Source of the DNA: Mesotaenium endlicherianum
Lineage: Eukaryota
DNA: 64,000 nucleotides
Assembly: GCA_009602735.1 (NCBI GenBank)
Contig: WELA01003305.1
Location: 666,233 to 730,232 of the forward strand
Reading direction: 5' to 3'
Part shown: in pieces, positions 22,101-34,537 of the stretch
Layout of the letters: each line of letters opens with the position of its first letter
Position numbering within the stretch: the stretch's first letter is position 1
Translations under genes and position numbers: made by a program
The notes under the pieces: generated by a model
The model's input: the letters and a program-made list of their open reading frames with translations, nothing else
Database searches by the model: none
What the model was told of the DNA's origin: nothing

Positions 22101-25100
22101 TCTGGTAGTGTCCAGGCACTTAGAGGAACATCATTACAAGCCATTTTTTGGCAGGGGAATCCTAAGCAATAGCATCCACATGGCAGTGAGAGCCATGACG
22201 GTGAGGGCACCCTAGGCAGTAGCATCAACATTTTGAAGAAGTTTGTTTCCAACAGCTTCCTTATTTGGATCTGTGTCCCTTGCGGCTGCCGGTTGGCAGA
22301 CTCTCCACAAGATGTTTGTGATCAACGCAGGAACAGCATTCAAGGCCATCTGGGGCAGCGTGAAGGGTTTCCTGGATCCCAAGACCGCCGCGAAGATCCA
22401 GGTGGGTTTGTTTCACACGCGGTCTCTCTGTTGTTGACACGCCCGGCATGCCTCACCCACGATTGGCATGGCGGAAAGGGACCAGCACCCCCGCGCACTA
22501 CGGGGATGGGAGCACTGCAGCGATGGCTTGCATGACTGGATGTGAACGTGTGAACATGCCCACATCCAGTCTAGTTTCAGTCAATCCTAGAAGACAGAAT
22601 GGTTATGGGGGGGGTGCATGGACATGCTGAAGTCCAGCCTAGTCAAAGTCAGAGAATACAATGAAACCGTTACGAGGCGAATCGAGATAAAGTCGTTACG
22701 GGTTGACCAGTTGATTAAAACGGCTGCTCCGCATCCTGCCAGGCTTCCAGCACGCCTCTGCCCTGCCTTAGATGCATCAGGCATTAGACTGTGGCATCAG
22801 ACGGTTACCAGGTTCACACTGCCATGCCAGCTGCCGCGCAAGCAGCAAGCTCTGCTGCCGCCACTTGCATGGACAATGGACGATGCCTACCCGCCAATTC
22901 GAACCCGGGGAACGCTCTGAACCAAGCCAGCGCCCTTCTTCCGGGCTCAACCCTCTGCCGCCCTTTGTGTGACACGACACAGCCCTTTGTGACGCGACCA
23001 CTTTGTCCAGCAGCATCTGCGTGCAGGCTGGTCGGCACTCCCCCTGACGCTCACGGACTTGTGTTTGTCTGGTTGTGCCGCCCTTGTCTTCTGTCATCCC
23101 CCCCCCCCTCCCCCCCCCCCTTTGCTTCAGCTGCTGGGCACCAAGTACCACGCCAAGCTTCATGAAGCCATCGACCCGAGGTACGTGCTTGCTTGCCTGC
23201 ATGCTGGCTCTTCAGCGCTCGCCTTCCCTTCTCCTCTTCTTCTCACTTGTAGGACTACCTCTGCTTAAGAACGTCCCCGCAGTGTGCGAGGAGCACGCGT
23301 GTCGTGCCGGTGTCTGGCTTGTCTTTGCGGCGTTTGGCACACCAGCAGCCAGCAGTCACTTGGATGCTCCTGTTCAGCCGGCTCAGCCATGCCTGCTAGA
23401 CCTCGCAAAGGTCTTGTTTAGTTTCCTCCTTCTCCTGCTTATGCTGCTGCTCTGGCCTTGCCCCTCTACTCTGGCACTGAAGTGCATCGTGTGTCGTGTA
23501 TCGTGCCGCCCTCCTGCCACGTGTCGTTGCATGCTGCAGTCAACTTCCGGAGTCGCTTGGCGGGACGTGCCGGTGCAATGCGGAGGGCGGCTGCCTCATG
23601 TCTGACAAGGGCCCGTGGCAAGACCCTGAGATACTTCGAGTAAGCAAGCGCTCCCCTGTGCCCCCTCACCAGAAGCCCGCCCCCTGCTGTCTTTGAATGT
23701 CTGCCACAGGGGCATGCATGCAGAGCCCAGTTTTCAGTGCTCGCCCCTCCCAGGATGTCAGACATATCCCTGCTGACAAAAGACTCTTGGCTGAATGTGG
23801 ATTGCGAGACTACGGGACAAAACGTGTGCTCTGTCATTTTTGTAACTATCAAGTGACGAGCGGGGGGGCAGGCAGCCATGGCCAGAGTTCTGGATGTTCA
23901 TTTTTGATGACGTGGCAATGTCTCCCAAACGGTGCCACGTGTTGGCAGGCTCTGCAGCTGCAGAGGACGGGCGAGGTAAGCGAGAGCGCGGACGAGAGCG
24001 GGCGGGAGCGCTCCCGCAGCAAGGCCAAGTGGCAGCCCCAGCTGTCTGTGCGAGTAAGAGAACTTTCCGGGCCTTCAATTTGAGCTCCCCTGACGCGCTC
24101 GGCCCCATGGCTGGGCTCTCCCCACAAGCCTTATTGCGGAAGTGCTTGAGTTGCTCTTTGTGATATAGGTGTAGCCACACCCGAATAAGTGAAATAGGTC
24201 ATGTAATAGGTCTCGTTTTATGACACAAGTGTATGAGTACAGTAGCACATGTAAGTTTGTTCCTGACTGTTGGAACCATAAACACTTGTGTATCTGTTGG
24301 TCCGCATGCGCAGACCTCTGCTGTCGACCCTGGGCTGCTGACGACAGACTGCCAGCTGTCTAGATCTGCCGTGTTGTGCTTGTTCTCACCTCGCATGGCA
24401 ACCGTGGGCTCTTGTGGGTGGGTGCCAGTTGTCAGAAGCAGACTCGGGGACGGAGTCGGCGTCAGAAGCGGAGGAGATGAGTCGGAGCTCGCCCTACTTC
24501 AAGGCTGACGAGGCCCGGCTGGCCCCCGTTGAAGAGGAGGTGCTTTTTCTCCTCCTCTCCCTCACGCTTTTCTTTGCGCGTGTGTGCTTGTGTGTCTGTT
24601 TCTGTGTGTGGGCGTGCGCGTTAGTGTGTGCGAGCTTGCGCAAAGCTGCGCAGGCATGCGCGTGCGTGTGTCTGTACGGAAGGCTTGCACACAAAAGGGT
24701 GCCGTGGCATTACTTTCTTGGTCTGAGAAAGAGCTGTAAACCGCAAACCTTGCGAGTGGGAATGCGAGTAGGAATGCAGGGGCGCCCCCCCATGCTGTTC
24801 ATATATAGCCAGGTAGGCGGGCGGGCCACTTGACAGGCTGGTAGGCAGGCATGCAACCAGATTGGCAGGCTCTCGCGTCGCGTCCATGGTAGTAACGTGA
24901 ATGTCTTCTCTCCTATCTGCTGCTTAGCCCAGCCAGTACGTATCGGCCATGCGCCAGACGATGACAGCTCGGGAGGGCGGGGGAGATGGGGGGATGGTGG
25001 ACGGCGGGGAAGGGGGGTGGAGGGGTGTGGGATGAGTGCTTGCCTGTAGAACGGGTCACTTTCATGAAGCTCTCATTGAGCCACCATAGTGCTGTGCATG

Positions 25101-28100
25101 AGAGCAAGTGCCTATCTGCGCTGGTCTCTCCGTGAGAGCAAGCCTCCCGTGGGGTGTGGGCTCCTGCCTTGCCCCGGAGCCGAGTCCTGGAGCTTGGACT
25201 GACAAGGGCAGTGCTGCTCCAAGCTTCAGGCCTCGGGTGCATGCTCAGCTCGGGGGGGAAGAGAGCCCACACAAGTGTTCAGGGCAGAGAGAGCAGGCAG
25301 TGGGCGATGAGCGGGGTCGGTGGGGCAGGGCTGCTCCAAGCTTCAGGCTCTGGATTCAGGCTCAGCTCTGGCGTGAAGGAGAGGGAGAGACTTGGACGAG
25401 GGTCCAGGGCAGAGAGAGCAGAGAGAGAAGACAGTGAAATCGGCTCTGCTGCTCCAAGCTGCAGGCTCCAGGCTCCAGGCTCCAGGCTCCAGGCTTTTCC
25501 CACTGCCCACTGCCCACTGCCTGCTCTCTCTGGTCCTGACCAACCCAACAGTGGCACGCCTTTTTTCGCTCTCATAAAAGCCAGCTGGTGGTCAGAATCC
25601 AGGGGAAGATGTAACGGCCGTTATATATGCGCGCACCGTTGTCTGCGGCCTTTTTCCCTGTGGATGGGGCTGGGGGCTTGGGGCTGGGTGGGATTGGGTG
25701 GGTGGTTGGGTGGGCAGTACTGTTTCTCTTTCCTGCATCTACATGAGGCGTGTGGCCCTTCAACTCCTCCACCTCTCCTCTCCCAGAGTCGTTCTTCTCT
25801 TATTTTGCCAATTGCTCACTCGTCTCTCTCTCCCCCCTCCTCCCCCCCCCCCTTCCCCCCCCGTCAGCTAGCTAATAAGCCTCAGAAAGACATCTCGCCC
25901 CCCATGCCCTCTTCCCTTGGGCCATTCCTCCCCCCTTTCCTTTCTCATCCCTGGCTAATCCCTCCTCCCCCCTCCCTCTCTCCATCTCCCTTCCCCTCCT
26001 TCCTCCTTCCTCCTATTTCCCCTCCCTCTCTCCCTCTCCCTCACTCTCTCGTTCCGCAGCTGCGAAGCTCTGGAGAGGGCAACCATGGCAGCAACCACGG
26101 CGGCCACCCTGGGGGCCTCTTCCCCCCCCGCCCCCCCAGAGTCGCCACCAGCAGCATGCGGGGCAACCCCGGAGGGGCCCACCCCCTGCCCCCCCCTCCC
26201 AGGAGGCAGGACAGTTTCCCAGAAGCTTCCTCTGACGACGACTCGGGCGAGCTAGACCCCTCCATCGCGATGAGGCGCGGCAACTACCAGCTGCCGCCCA
26301 CCTCGCTGCGGCCCCAGCGGGCCCCCCATCGGACAAACTTCCGAACAGGTGGCGAAGGGCAGGCGGCCGTGTCCTCGGCGCCCTCGGGGCTCCCTGCTGC
26401 CGGGACACGTGGCGGCGCGGGGTCTGCCGTCTCTCCTGGAAACCACGGCTCCTCCAAGCCCCCCTCAGGTGCGCCCTGCCATGCCTAACTCCTACAGATA
26501 TACGCCCCCTCCCGCCCCCACTCCCCTCCCTCACTCGGGTGATGCTTGTAAAAATTGTCAGACTCTGTGGAGAAGCTTGCGCTGCCCACGGTGCTGACAG
26601 CTGGCCACGAGCCATGAGGGCGGTCCGGCTAGGCACCCCTTGCTTCATATCCTACACCACCACTTTCCCAGCTTATGGGTCTGCTGCAGCTGCTCTAGCC
26701 TTGTCCGAGCCCCAGTCTCGCCATCCCACCATCTCGTCAGCGGGCGTTCTGCGTGTGCACCTTCTTTGCGTCCTTTTCGATTCACCTCTCGCCGCCGGCC
26801 AGCTGACTGATAGCTCGAGACAAGACAATAGCCGGCGGTTCCTCCCTCAGGCTGACAATTCTTTCGCTGTCGGCCGAGTGCCAGCTAGCTGCTACCTAGC
26901 TGCCAACTGACAGAGCCGGCTCCTTCTCGTTGTCCGCGAATGAGCAGGGAGCAACGGCAGCAGCGGCGGCGGCCACCATGGGTTTTTTGTTGCCTTCTTC
27001 AGCGTTCTCGTTGGCATCCTCGCCTTCCTGCCCCGCCTGATATACTCAGCCATCTCCGCATCCGCGGCCGCTGCGGGCAGCAGCAGCAGCAGCAGTGGCC
27101 ACGCCAGCAGCGCAGCCGTGGCTCCGGCCGTTGACGACAGCTTTGGCGCAGACGCTCTGCCGCCCTACGGGGCAGACCCCGAGCGCGAGCGGGGGGGCGT
27201 TGGGGGGGGCGTCGCTGCCAGGGTGTCGCCGAGCCGTCTGTCACCAAAGCAGCTGGCGAAGCGCGTGGAGAATCTGGAGGCTGAGGTGGCGAAGCTGAGC
27301 TCCATGCCGCCCACGCCGAACCGGCCCGTCTCGCCCACGTGGCCAGCGCCGGCGCTTGAGCGCGTGCGCACGCTGGAGTCTGAGCTGGCCGAGACTCGCA
27401 AGGTGAGAGAGAGAGAGAGGGAGAGAGGGGGGCGGGGGAGGGCGGGGTTGAGAGGGAGAGAGAGGGGGGGGGCAGGAGGGAGGGGGAGAAGGAGAGGGAG
27501 AGAGAGCTTCTCCCTTCGCTCCCTTGAAGGTGCTCATTGGAAGTTGATGAAGGTTCCCCCTGTTTGGGCTAGAGGGATGCTGGGCGAAGTGTAAGACTAG
27601 TCTCCCCCTTCCCCAATTTGGCTATTCTATGGTATTCAGTGGAAAGCGAGGAGGGGAGGATGTGTCTTGTGTATGCTGCAGGACGCTGCCCGGGGAGGAG
27701 ACGCTGCCATGAGGGTGTGTGTAGTGTGTGAGTGGCGCATGTGGGTCCAGTGCTTGGTGTTGCCGTCTCAGTATTGTGAGTTTGAACCCAGTTTCCGCTC
27801 AAGCCGGTTCTGCATTAGAGGCCGTCACAACGTCCCTCTTTGGCTCTTTGGGTGTGGGAAAATGCACACATTCTTGTGTTCTCCAAGCGGGGAGAAGGAC
27901 AAGGCACGCACTTACATGTGTGTGTGTGTGTTTGTGCTTGTGCGCGGGGCTGTTGGATAGTTATCTTTCAGCTGGTATTCAACTGGCGGTATAGAAGGGT
28001 TGCAGGGAGGGAGGAGAGAAGGAGGGAGAGCACTTGTGGAGCAGGTCAAGAAAAGGGGAGGGTTAGGTCGAGTTTGAGGATGTGGCACTGGCAGACGATG

Positions 28101-29090
28101 CGAGCGTTCCTCTTTCTCCTGACGGCTGGTCTTTCGTATGACGTCTGGTCTTCCGCAGGACGTGTGAATGATGGGGGAGGAAAGAGTATTATAGCAGCAG
28201 TTCCGTTGTTGCTGTTGCTGGCCCTGGGCCCGACTTTGAGTTTTCCTGAACTCGGGGACTGGCTCGGGCGCTGTGCTCCGCTGTGTGTGTGTGACGCAGA
28301 CACTTGGCAACGTCCTGATGAGGCAGGAGGAGCTTTGGGTCCAGCTTGAGAAGCTCAAGGACTCTGAGTTTGCTGTAAGCTCTCTCTCTATCTCTGCTGC
28401 TGCCCGCACTCCGTGCTGCCTCCAGGCCAGTCCCCTGGAGCCTGCCCGGTATCCCTCCCTCTCCACTTTCCTCTACTGATGCAATTCTCACACACACCGA
28501 GTGTTACTATTTAGCGTGTTGCGTACACGTGAGCGTGCGCGTGTGCATGCGTGCAAGCGTGCAGGCGTGTGCATTTATGCGCGCCTGCGTATGTGTCGAG
28601 TGGGAGCCCCACCGGCATGGAGGAACACTGGCACTGTTCTTCTTGGTCAGACGAACCTCCCCTTTGTTCAACGTGAAAGGCAGACTTTGTTGCAGCTGGG
28701 AGCTTGCGACCTCTTTTTCTACCGATTTCCCCACAAATGGCCTGTGAGTGGCCCTCGGATGCTCCGCGCCTGCATCCGCAATTGGCTTGAGAATTGCCCG
28801 TGAACGAATCCCTGAAGTAACTCTCCGGCTGAACTCGCGAATGCAGCTGTGTGCGGCCCGCGAGAGAATCTTCGAGCGGTCCATGTATCGCCCGCGATAA
28901 CAACTTTGTGAACCGCCCGTTGGAACGTGAATCTATGAATGGCCTGCAAATGGCCTCTGAATCACGAAGTCGCCTGTGACTACTGGCCTGTGACTGGTCC
29001 GTGAATGAATCCGCCTCATTTTGTGTTCGTGTTCTGTGCGTTCTGTGCTCCTGCTTGGCGCTGCAGAAGAAGCTGCGGTGCTGGGGCTAG
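19120..29090 (+). CDS. SFH: Sec14-like phosphatidylinositol/phosphatidylcholine transfer protein with C-terminal nodulin (Nlj16-like) coiled coil, SFH family
   Basis: Exons 19120-19496, 19938-20037, 20702-20968, 21518-21595, 22300-22401, 23131-23180, 23540-23639, 23949-24053 (alternative donor 23975), 24429-24539, 26060-26468, 26948-27402, 28300-28374, 29067-29090, all phase-consistent. Motifs [81 protein letters not shown]. Confidence 0.92.
25170..25520 (+). repeat. Intronic ~118-bp imperfect tandem repeat (3 copies of GCTGCTCCAAGCT[T/G]CAGGC) ending in a (GGCTCCA)n array
   Basis: Core at ~25213, ~25331, ~25447; four heptamer copies at ~25464-25492. Confidence 0.7.
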
Positions 29091-31357
29091 GGCCGAGCTG
29101 GGCGGTGGGCAAAGCTACGTTGGGAGCGAAGGCGGGCGCTGGGTCCTCCTATGCGCGGCTTCCGACTGTAGAGTAGGCCCCTGCAACCGGTTTCTTGGAA
29201 AAAGAAATGTCTCCCTCATGTCTCCTGCTCTGGACTGTTGCTCCTCTCTCGCGGGTGGCAGGGGCAGGGGGACCAGCTCACCGCCCCGTTTTCTCTTCTG
29301 TTCCCCTTGCTGTAGTCCAAAGCTGTCTCTGAGCTGGTCTGGGCGTGATGTGAAAAGGACCCTCCAGGTCTGGAAGCATGCCAAATAGTCTCGTGTGCCT
29401 TCAGTGCTCGTCTGGCTGCAGCTTAGAAGGTGTTGATGGGTAGCCTGCCGCTAGTTGCTCAAACAGGGGGAGCTCCCCTCTACCCTTGTGGGGCGTGAGG
29501 GCATGTTACTTGTAGGGCTCTTGGTCGTGTTGACGCGCAGTTACTCCAAATTTAGGTGGAATCGCCTGTTGGAAGCAGCTGAGTTGTGAAGTACTGCCTG
29601 CCGGGCACGACTGTGAAAAGTAAGACGGACACTCATTCTGTAGGGAGATGCAGGACTCGTGGGGGAGGAGACAGTGAGAGGTTAAGTCAACAGGCAGGGG
29701 CTCCTGCTGCGATGGAGAGGCAGTCTACGGTGTAAGAGTATATAAGGTTTTGTGATTGAGGAGGCGCAGGGGAGGTACGCCGTCTGAAGCACTGCTGACA
29801 AGCTGCCAGATTCTGACTGGCTGCTGCTAGCTCCAGCAGTGCTGTTTCTTCCAGGTGGCACGAGCTAGCAGCTTAGCGTATTGTTGGACCAATGGTCAAC
29901 CTTCTTGATCAGATTGGACGGAGTCGGGCCTTTATCTCTTGACAAAGTTTTTTGAGCAACGTTACACCCAGACCTTCCCCCCCGTCTCTATCTCTACTGC
30001 CTGCGGTGGGTTCATTACCTTTTTGCAAATAGTTGTTTTCCCTTAGGTTAGTGTCAGCATGCAGATGCTCATTACAAAACTTTATTTTTTCTGGCACTGA
30101 ACGACTCGACTTTCGTCATAGTTTTCGATGCAATAAGAATGTGCGCTTCAATTTGTGAAGCCACGTTATTCAAGTGCATGAAAAAAATCTCGTAACTATT
30201 GAGTGCATTGTGTATCTCGCTTTTGCTTGCGCTTGGTGAGTTGTGTCCTCTAATCTAGCCATGGTGTCTCCGCTCATTTCCGTACATGGGTGTAAAGACT
30301 GGATTGAAGCACGTTCCTCATGGTGTAGGCATCCAAGGTCGCAATGTAGGAATCACCTTCTTGATTGGACCAGACCGACTCTACTCTTCAGATGCCAATA
30401 AGCTTGTAATGAATGGGTAGGTGGTAATTGAAGCGGTTCCTAAATGCTTGAGAGCAGGACAAGAATGTTATCTCTACCATCACTCACCATGACATTCAAG
30501 GCCAGCTCGGTGTCTGATTGGGAGTCCAAGCAAATATAATCTCTAGGGATCAACTGGCACTGGGAGGTGCCTTGCACCATTGAAAATAATATGCGTGAGA
30601 GGTTGTAATAGTGGCAACTACTAGTAGACCACAGAATTTTACCATCTGCAGAAAGCCTCCAAGCATGCAAGCAGTAGCCTGTCAATTTGTCATGGCAAAC
30701 AACATGAACCAATTGTTGCATGAGAAGAAACCAGTCACTTCATCTTACACTGACGTGCTACCTTCTGTAATGATAGTGCCTCGCAGCCAGTGCTTAACTG
30801 TACACAAAAATGTGAATTACTGGTCATATTTCCAGCCCCTTCGCGTACGCAAATTGCTCAAATTGATCACATTGCCCACATTGCCCTAATACATGCCCTT
30901 CCGTCTAAAAATATCGTCACACCCCAACGCTAGCACGAAGAAAAGTCATATCTTGATCTTCGCTAGGGGAGCATAGTCCTGACCACAAGGCAACATAGCC
31001 CGAAAAACTTGAAGTTGTAGCAGGTTCATATGACCAGCTCTGTAGCCCATAATCGACTCTGCAGAGACCAGTCGCACAGATAGAGCACAAGACACCAAAT
31101 ATACACTAGTGCTCTCGCGCTACAGCATGGGCGAAGCTAAGTCTATGGGCAGTGTTGCAACCGCAGCAGGCTGTCTTAACAAGCCCAGGTAGCTTGGGCA
31201 CCTTGGCAGCTCGGGCAGCTTGGGCCAGGCTGACGGGCAGCTTTTTGCCGTGTTGGTTGGCAGCTTTGCCCACGAGAGGAGATAAGTAACTTGCCAAAAG
31301 GCCAAGAAACAGAGATGGAAAGCCTTACTGCCGACGGCAGCTGGCTGGAAGCTGCTG

Positions 31358-32497
31358 TCAGCCAGAGGAAGGCAGTAGCTTAAGTATGATGATGAAAATA
31401 TTCACCACCACAAGGGGAACTGCAGTTTATCCAACCATCCATCATGGTCACAGCCCATGACAAACCAGCCCCCGACGGACCAGCCCGTGACAGACCAGCC
31501 CGCGACAGCAAGTACACAAGTTATCATGTCAGCGACAACTTCACGTGTCCTGCTCTGCATGTTGCTGTGCCAGGGCAAGGTGCCAACAGAGACATATAGA
31601 CGGTTTTGAAATATTGCTGTAAGTGAAAACAACAAGATTCGAACTTCCCCATTGCTAAAGGTTGGACAACACAAAACTCGCACAGGTCTTCAGCCACTTC
31701 ATACATAAGCTCATACACCTTCAGGCTGCCATGGTAGGTCTTGTGACTGATGTGATTAGCATACCTCGTAGATACTGTACCGCGTGTAAAAGTCCAATGA
31801 TCTGAACTTTTAGAGAGGAAACTCGTCCATTGGCCATCTCGTTGAAACCCCAGCCATCTGCAACAGAGATCTCAGCATAGTCACTCGAGCTGATCCAAAA
31901 TCGTCAACCAGCCAGAGAGTCAACAACACGCAAGCAACTAAATGCTCAAGAAGCTCTCATCAGTGTGAAAACTTGCGACCACAGGCCCTCTAATTTAAAC
32001 AGGCCAAATTATTGAGTTCCACCCTTGTATCTTAATTAAGGCGTTGGTAAGTGATGTGGATGTAACAGATGCACAGTACCAAAGTTACTGCAAAGAAGGT
32101 CAGGCACCCGTCCCCAACACCCTTTGAGGAGTAGGAGCAATGTGTCCCATCTCCCAGGAGTTAAGCGGACAGCCTGTGCAAAGCGGGTCCTAGAGAGATA
32201 GTCCTTAATTAGCCTCAAAAGGATGACTAAGGATCATGTTGACGGTAGAGAGTAGATGCATCTTGAGCAATACGTGCCAGGTCGACATTTTGAACGCGAT
32301 ATCATACCAGACCCTCAGAATGCCTCCAAAAAGTGGTGTGACTGATCGAAGTTTAGAATGGAGAAAAGACTGATTCAGGTCGGCCATGTGCAATAAGTTT
32401 CACTGCACTTACATGGAGAAAGAAATCGGTCCTCATTTAACACAGCCAAACCATTGACGATAAGTAGCACCGCCTGAAATAAAGTGAACAGGGTCAT
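31358..32497 (-). CDS. YOS1: Yos1 / IER3IP1-like ER-Golgi transport protein, 79 aa
   Basis: Exons 32497-32413, 31857-31765, 31419-31358 (GT-AG, 240 nt) give MTLFTLFQAVLLIVNGLAVLNEDRFLSPYGWGFNEMANGRVSSLKVQIIGLLHAVQYLRVPLVVVNIFIIILKLLPSSG*. LNEDRFL..GW and LKxQII..LRVPL are the family signature. Confidence 0.93.
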
Positions 32498-33316
32498 GAC
32501 GCCTCCCCTATATTATCTTTGATGTATCGTCTGCATCTGGAGGTGTCTACAAGGATTCTCTTTGGAGATATAAATTTCTTAGGCAGTCAACTTTGATGCG
32601 CAAGTGTCTCTAGTGACCCGAATAAGTTTCACTTGCATCATCTAAAAACTCTGATGCACAATTGCTTCTGCGATAATCTAAGCACTGGAGTTCGTCACGA
32701 TGAAGGAAAGTTTATGAATGACTGACGAATTAACATGCACCTGTGCGCAGTACGGAAGCGTACCAAGTTGACTCGTTGCTGAAAATGAAAAGTCGTGTTG
32801 TGTTGGGGATTCTAAATTGTGCAGCTCCTACGAACGCCGCTCGTAAGGCCCGTCGGATGGCAGGAGCGAACGTGCACTTGAGCGTCGACTGCAGTCGACG
32901 GCCTGGTGTCGACAGCTGCAGAGGTTCGACTGAGTCCCTGTGGGTCGGCACCTGGTGGGTTGCACCTGGTGGGTTGCACCCAGTTTTGGCCCAGAGCAGA
33001 GCAATGTTGTGACAAAGCTGGCACTGAAGCAGCGACACTCGCACTTGAGCGCACATTTACATCTTTGGCTAGCTCGTCTTCATGATCGGAGTAATGAGAG
33101 TGTATGAGAGTACGTATAAGAGTTCTGTAATTGTTGTCAGGCTGGCAGCAATTGTTGTCATATGAGCACAACAAAGCTCCTTTAGATGACTTGGGCTCCT
33201 TGCGTGCTGTGCCGCTCTGAGAAGAACTAGGAGAGGAACATCTGACAGCTTTGGTGATCGAAGCTGGATACGTTCTGCCTCAGTAATTTACAATATATCG
33301 CTTGACCCCGCGTGAG

Positions 33317-34501
33317 ATGGCACTCACATGCCACTTGATTAAGCCGTCTTGTATCCTGAAGCTGCATCCCCGTACTCTTTCGTCTCTTCCCCGCCTAGAG
33401 TGTACTAGCCCATCATTGAGATTGGAGCAAAGCTTCAATTTATCCAATCTTTTTCATGCTAGACCGAAAGATCGACATTGGAATGCAAAGCACGCTCTGT
33501 CTTCATCCAAAAGGGTGCCTCTTGGCATAGGACATGCCGTTTCAAAAAAACTCATATCACAGAAGCCGCATTCACTCAGCGTAAGACCTCAGAGTGACCA
33601 AAGTAGGGTGACATATAGATGCTTCGATGAAGGGAAGGTAGCAAATCACGTCACAGACTTCCAACCTGATGCCATAATGGTCCTAGCAGGGGGGCAGACT
33701 GAAGATGGAGGAGTGCCAGGTACATTATGCTCCCTGATAGCAGGCCACTGCTAGAAAGGCATATGATACTTTGGACCTCTTGATAGTTGGAAGGGGAGCT
33801 TGTGTGGAAGACAATGCGTAGGAACTGAAACGACTCATCGTCCAGCAGTCGAGGCAAGTCACAGAAGAAGTTTCTAGAGCATAAAGTGTTGCCTGGGGCA
33901 TATGGAACAGTCTTCACTGTGCCAGTTGTCTGACGGTGGGTGATCCCCACTGCCAGTGTGGGTGCAGAAGCGGCTTGACGTGGCCCTCTCGCTGCATCGC
34001 AAGTATGGCTGCCCCATCGTCTGCTTAGGTGGGGGCACACCCCACAGGCCCCCTGTGATTGGGCCAGCTGGCCATGTCATCCATGAAGGCACCTCATGTG
34101 CTGACTACCTTCTTTCCAAGGTGAGGCAACTTCATACCTTATCATATTGTTAAATACTGACATGACGACATATGGGCTCTACTTTCTTCCGTTGCCCCCC
34201 TATCTGGTGGGAATCTCTTGCCCTTTTGACTTGACTCACAAAGAATAGCAAGTCAAAGGTCAAAGGTCCAGGTTGCTTTACCAAAGAAGAGCTTCGAGCA
34301 TTTAACATAAGGATGTTCTCACGGGGAGTTTTTGTACCGGGGGTGTGTCTCCTCCTTCAGGCCATTCACTGTGCAATTCTTGTGGGGGCATTAGCATGAG
34401 ATCCATGTACATACATGCTTATGTGCATATTTCAACATGTTTTGATTATGTTCTGTGTCTTTGTAGTGTGTGCAGCACTGAGAGAAAACCTTATGCATCT
34501 G

Positions 34502-34537
<36 letters not shown>

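Noticed and set aside
32205..32393. WYDIAFK resembling the KDZ transposase YDIAC motif
   Set aside because: Lies in Yos1 intron 1 with no other KDZ motifs.
32796..33060. TG...CA-bounded GC-rich segment as a solo LTR
   Set aside because: No target-site duplication or terminal inverted repeat.
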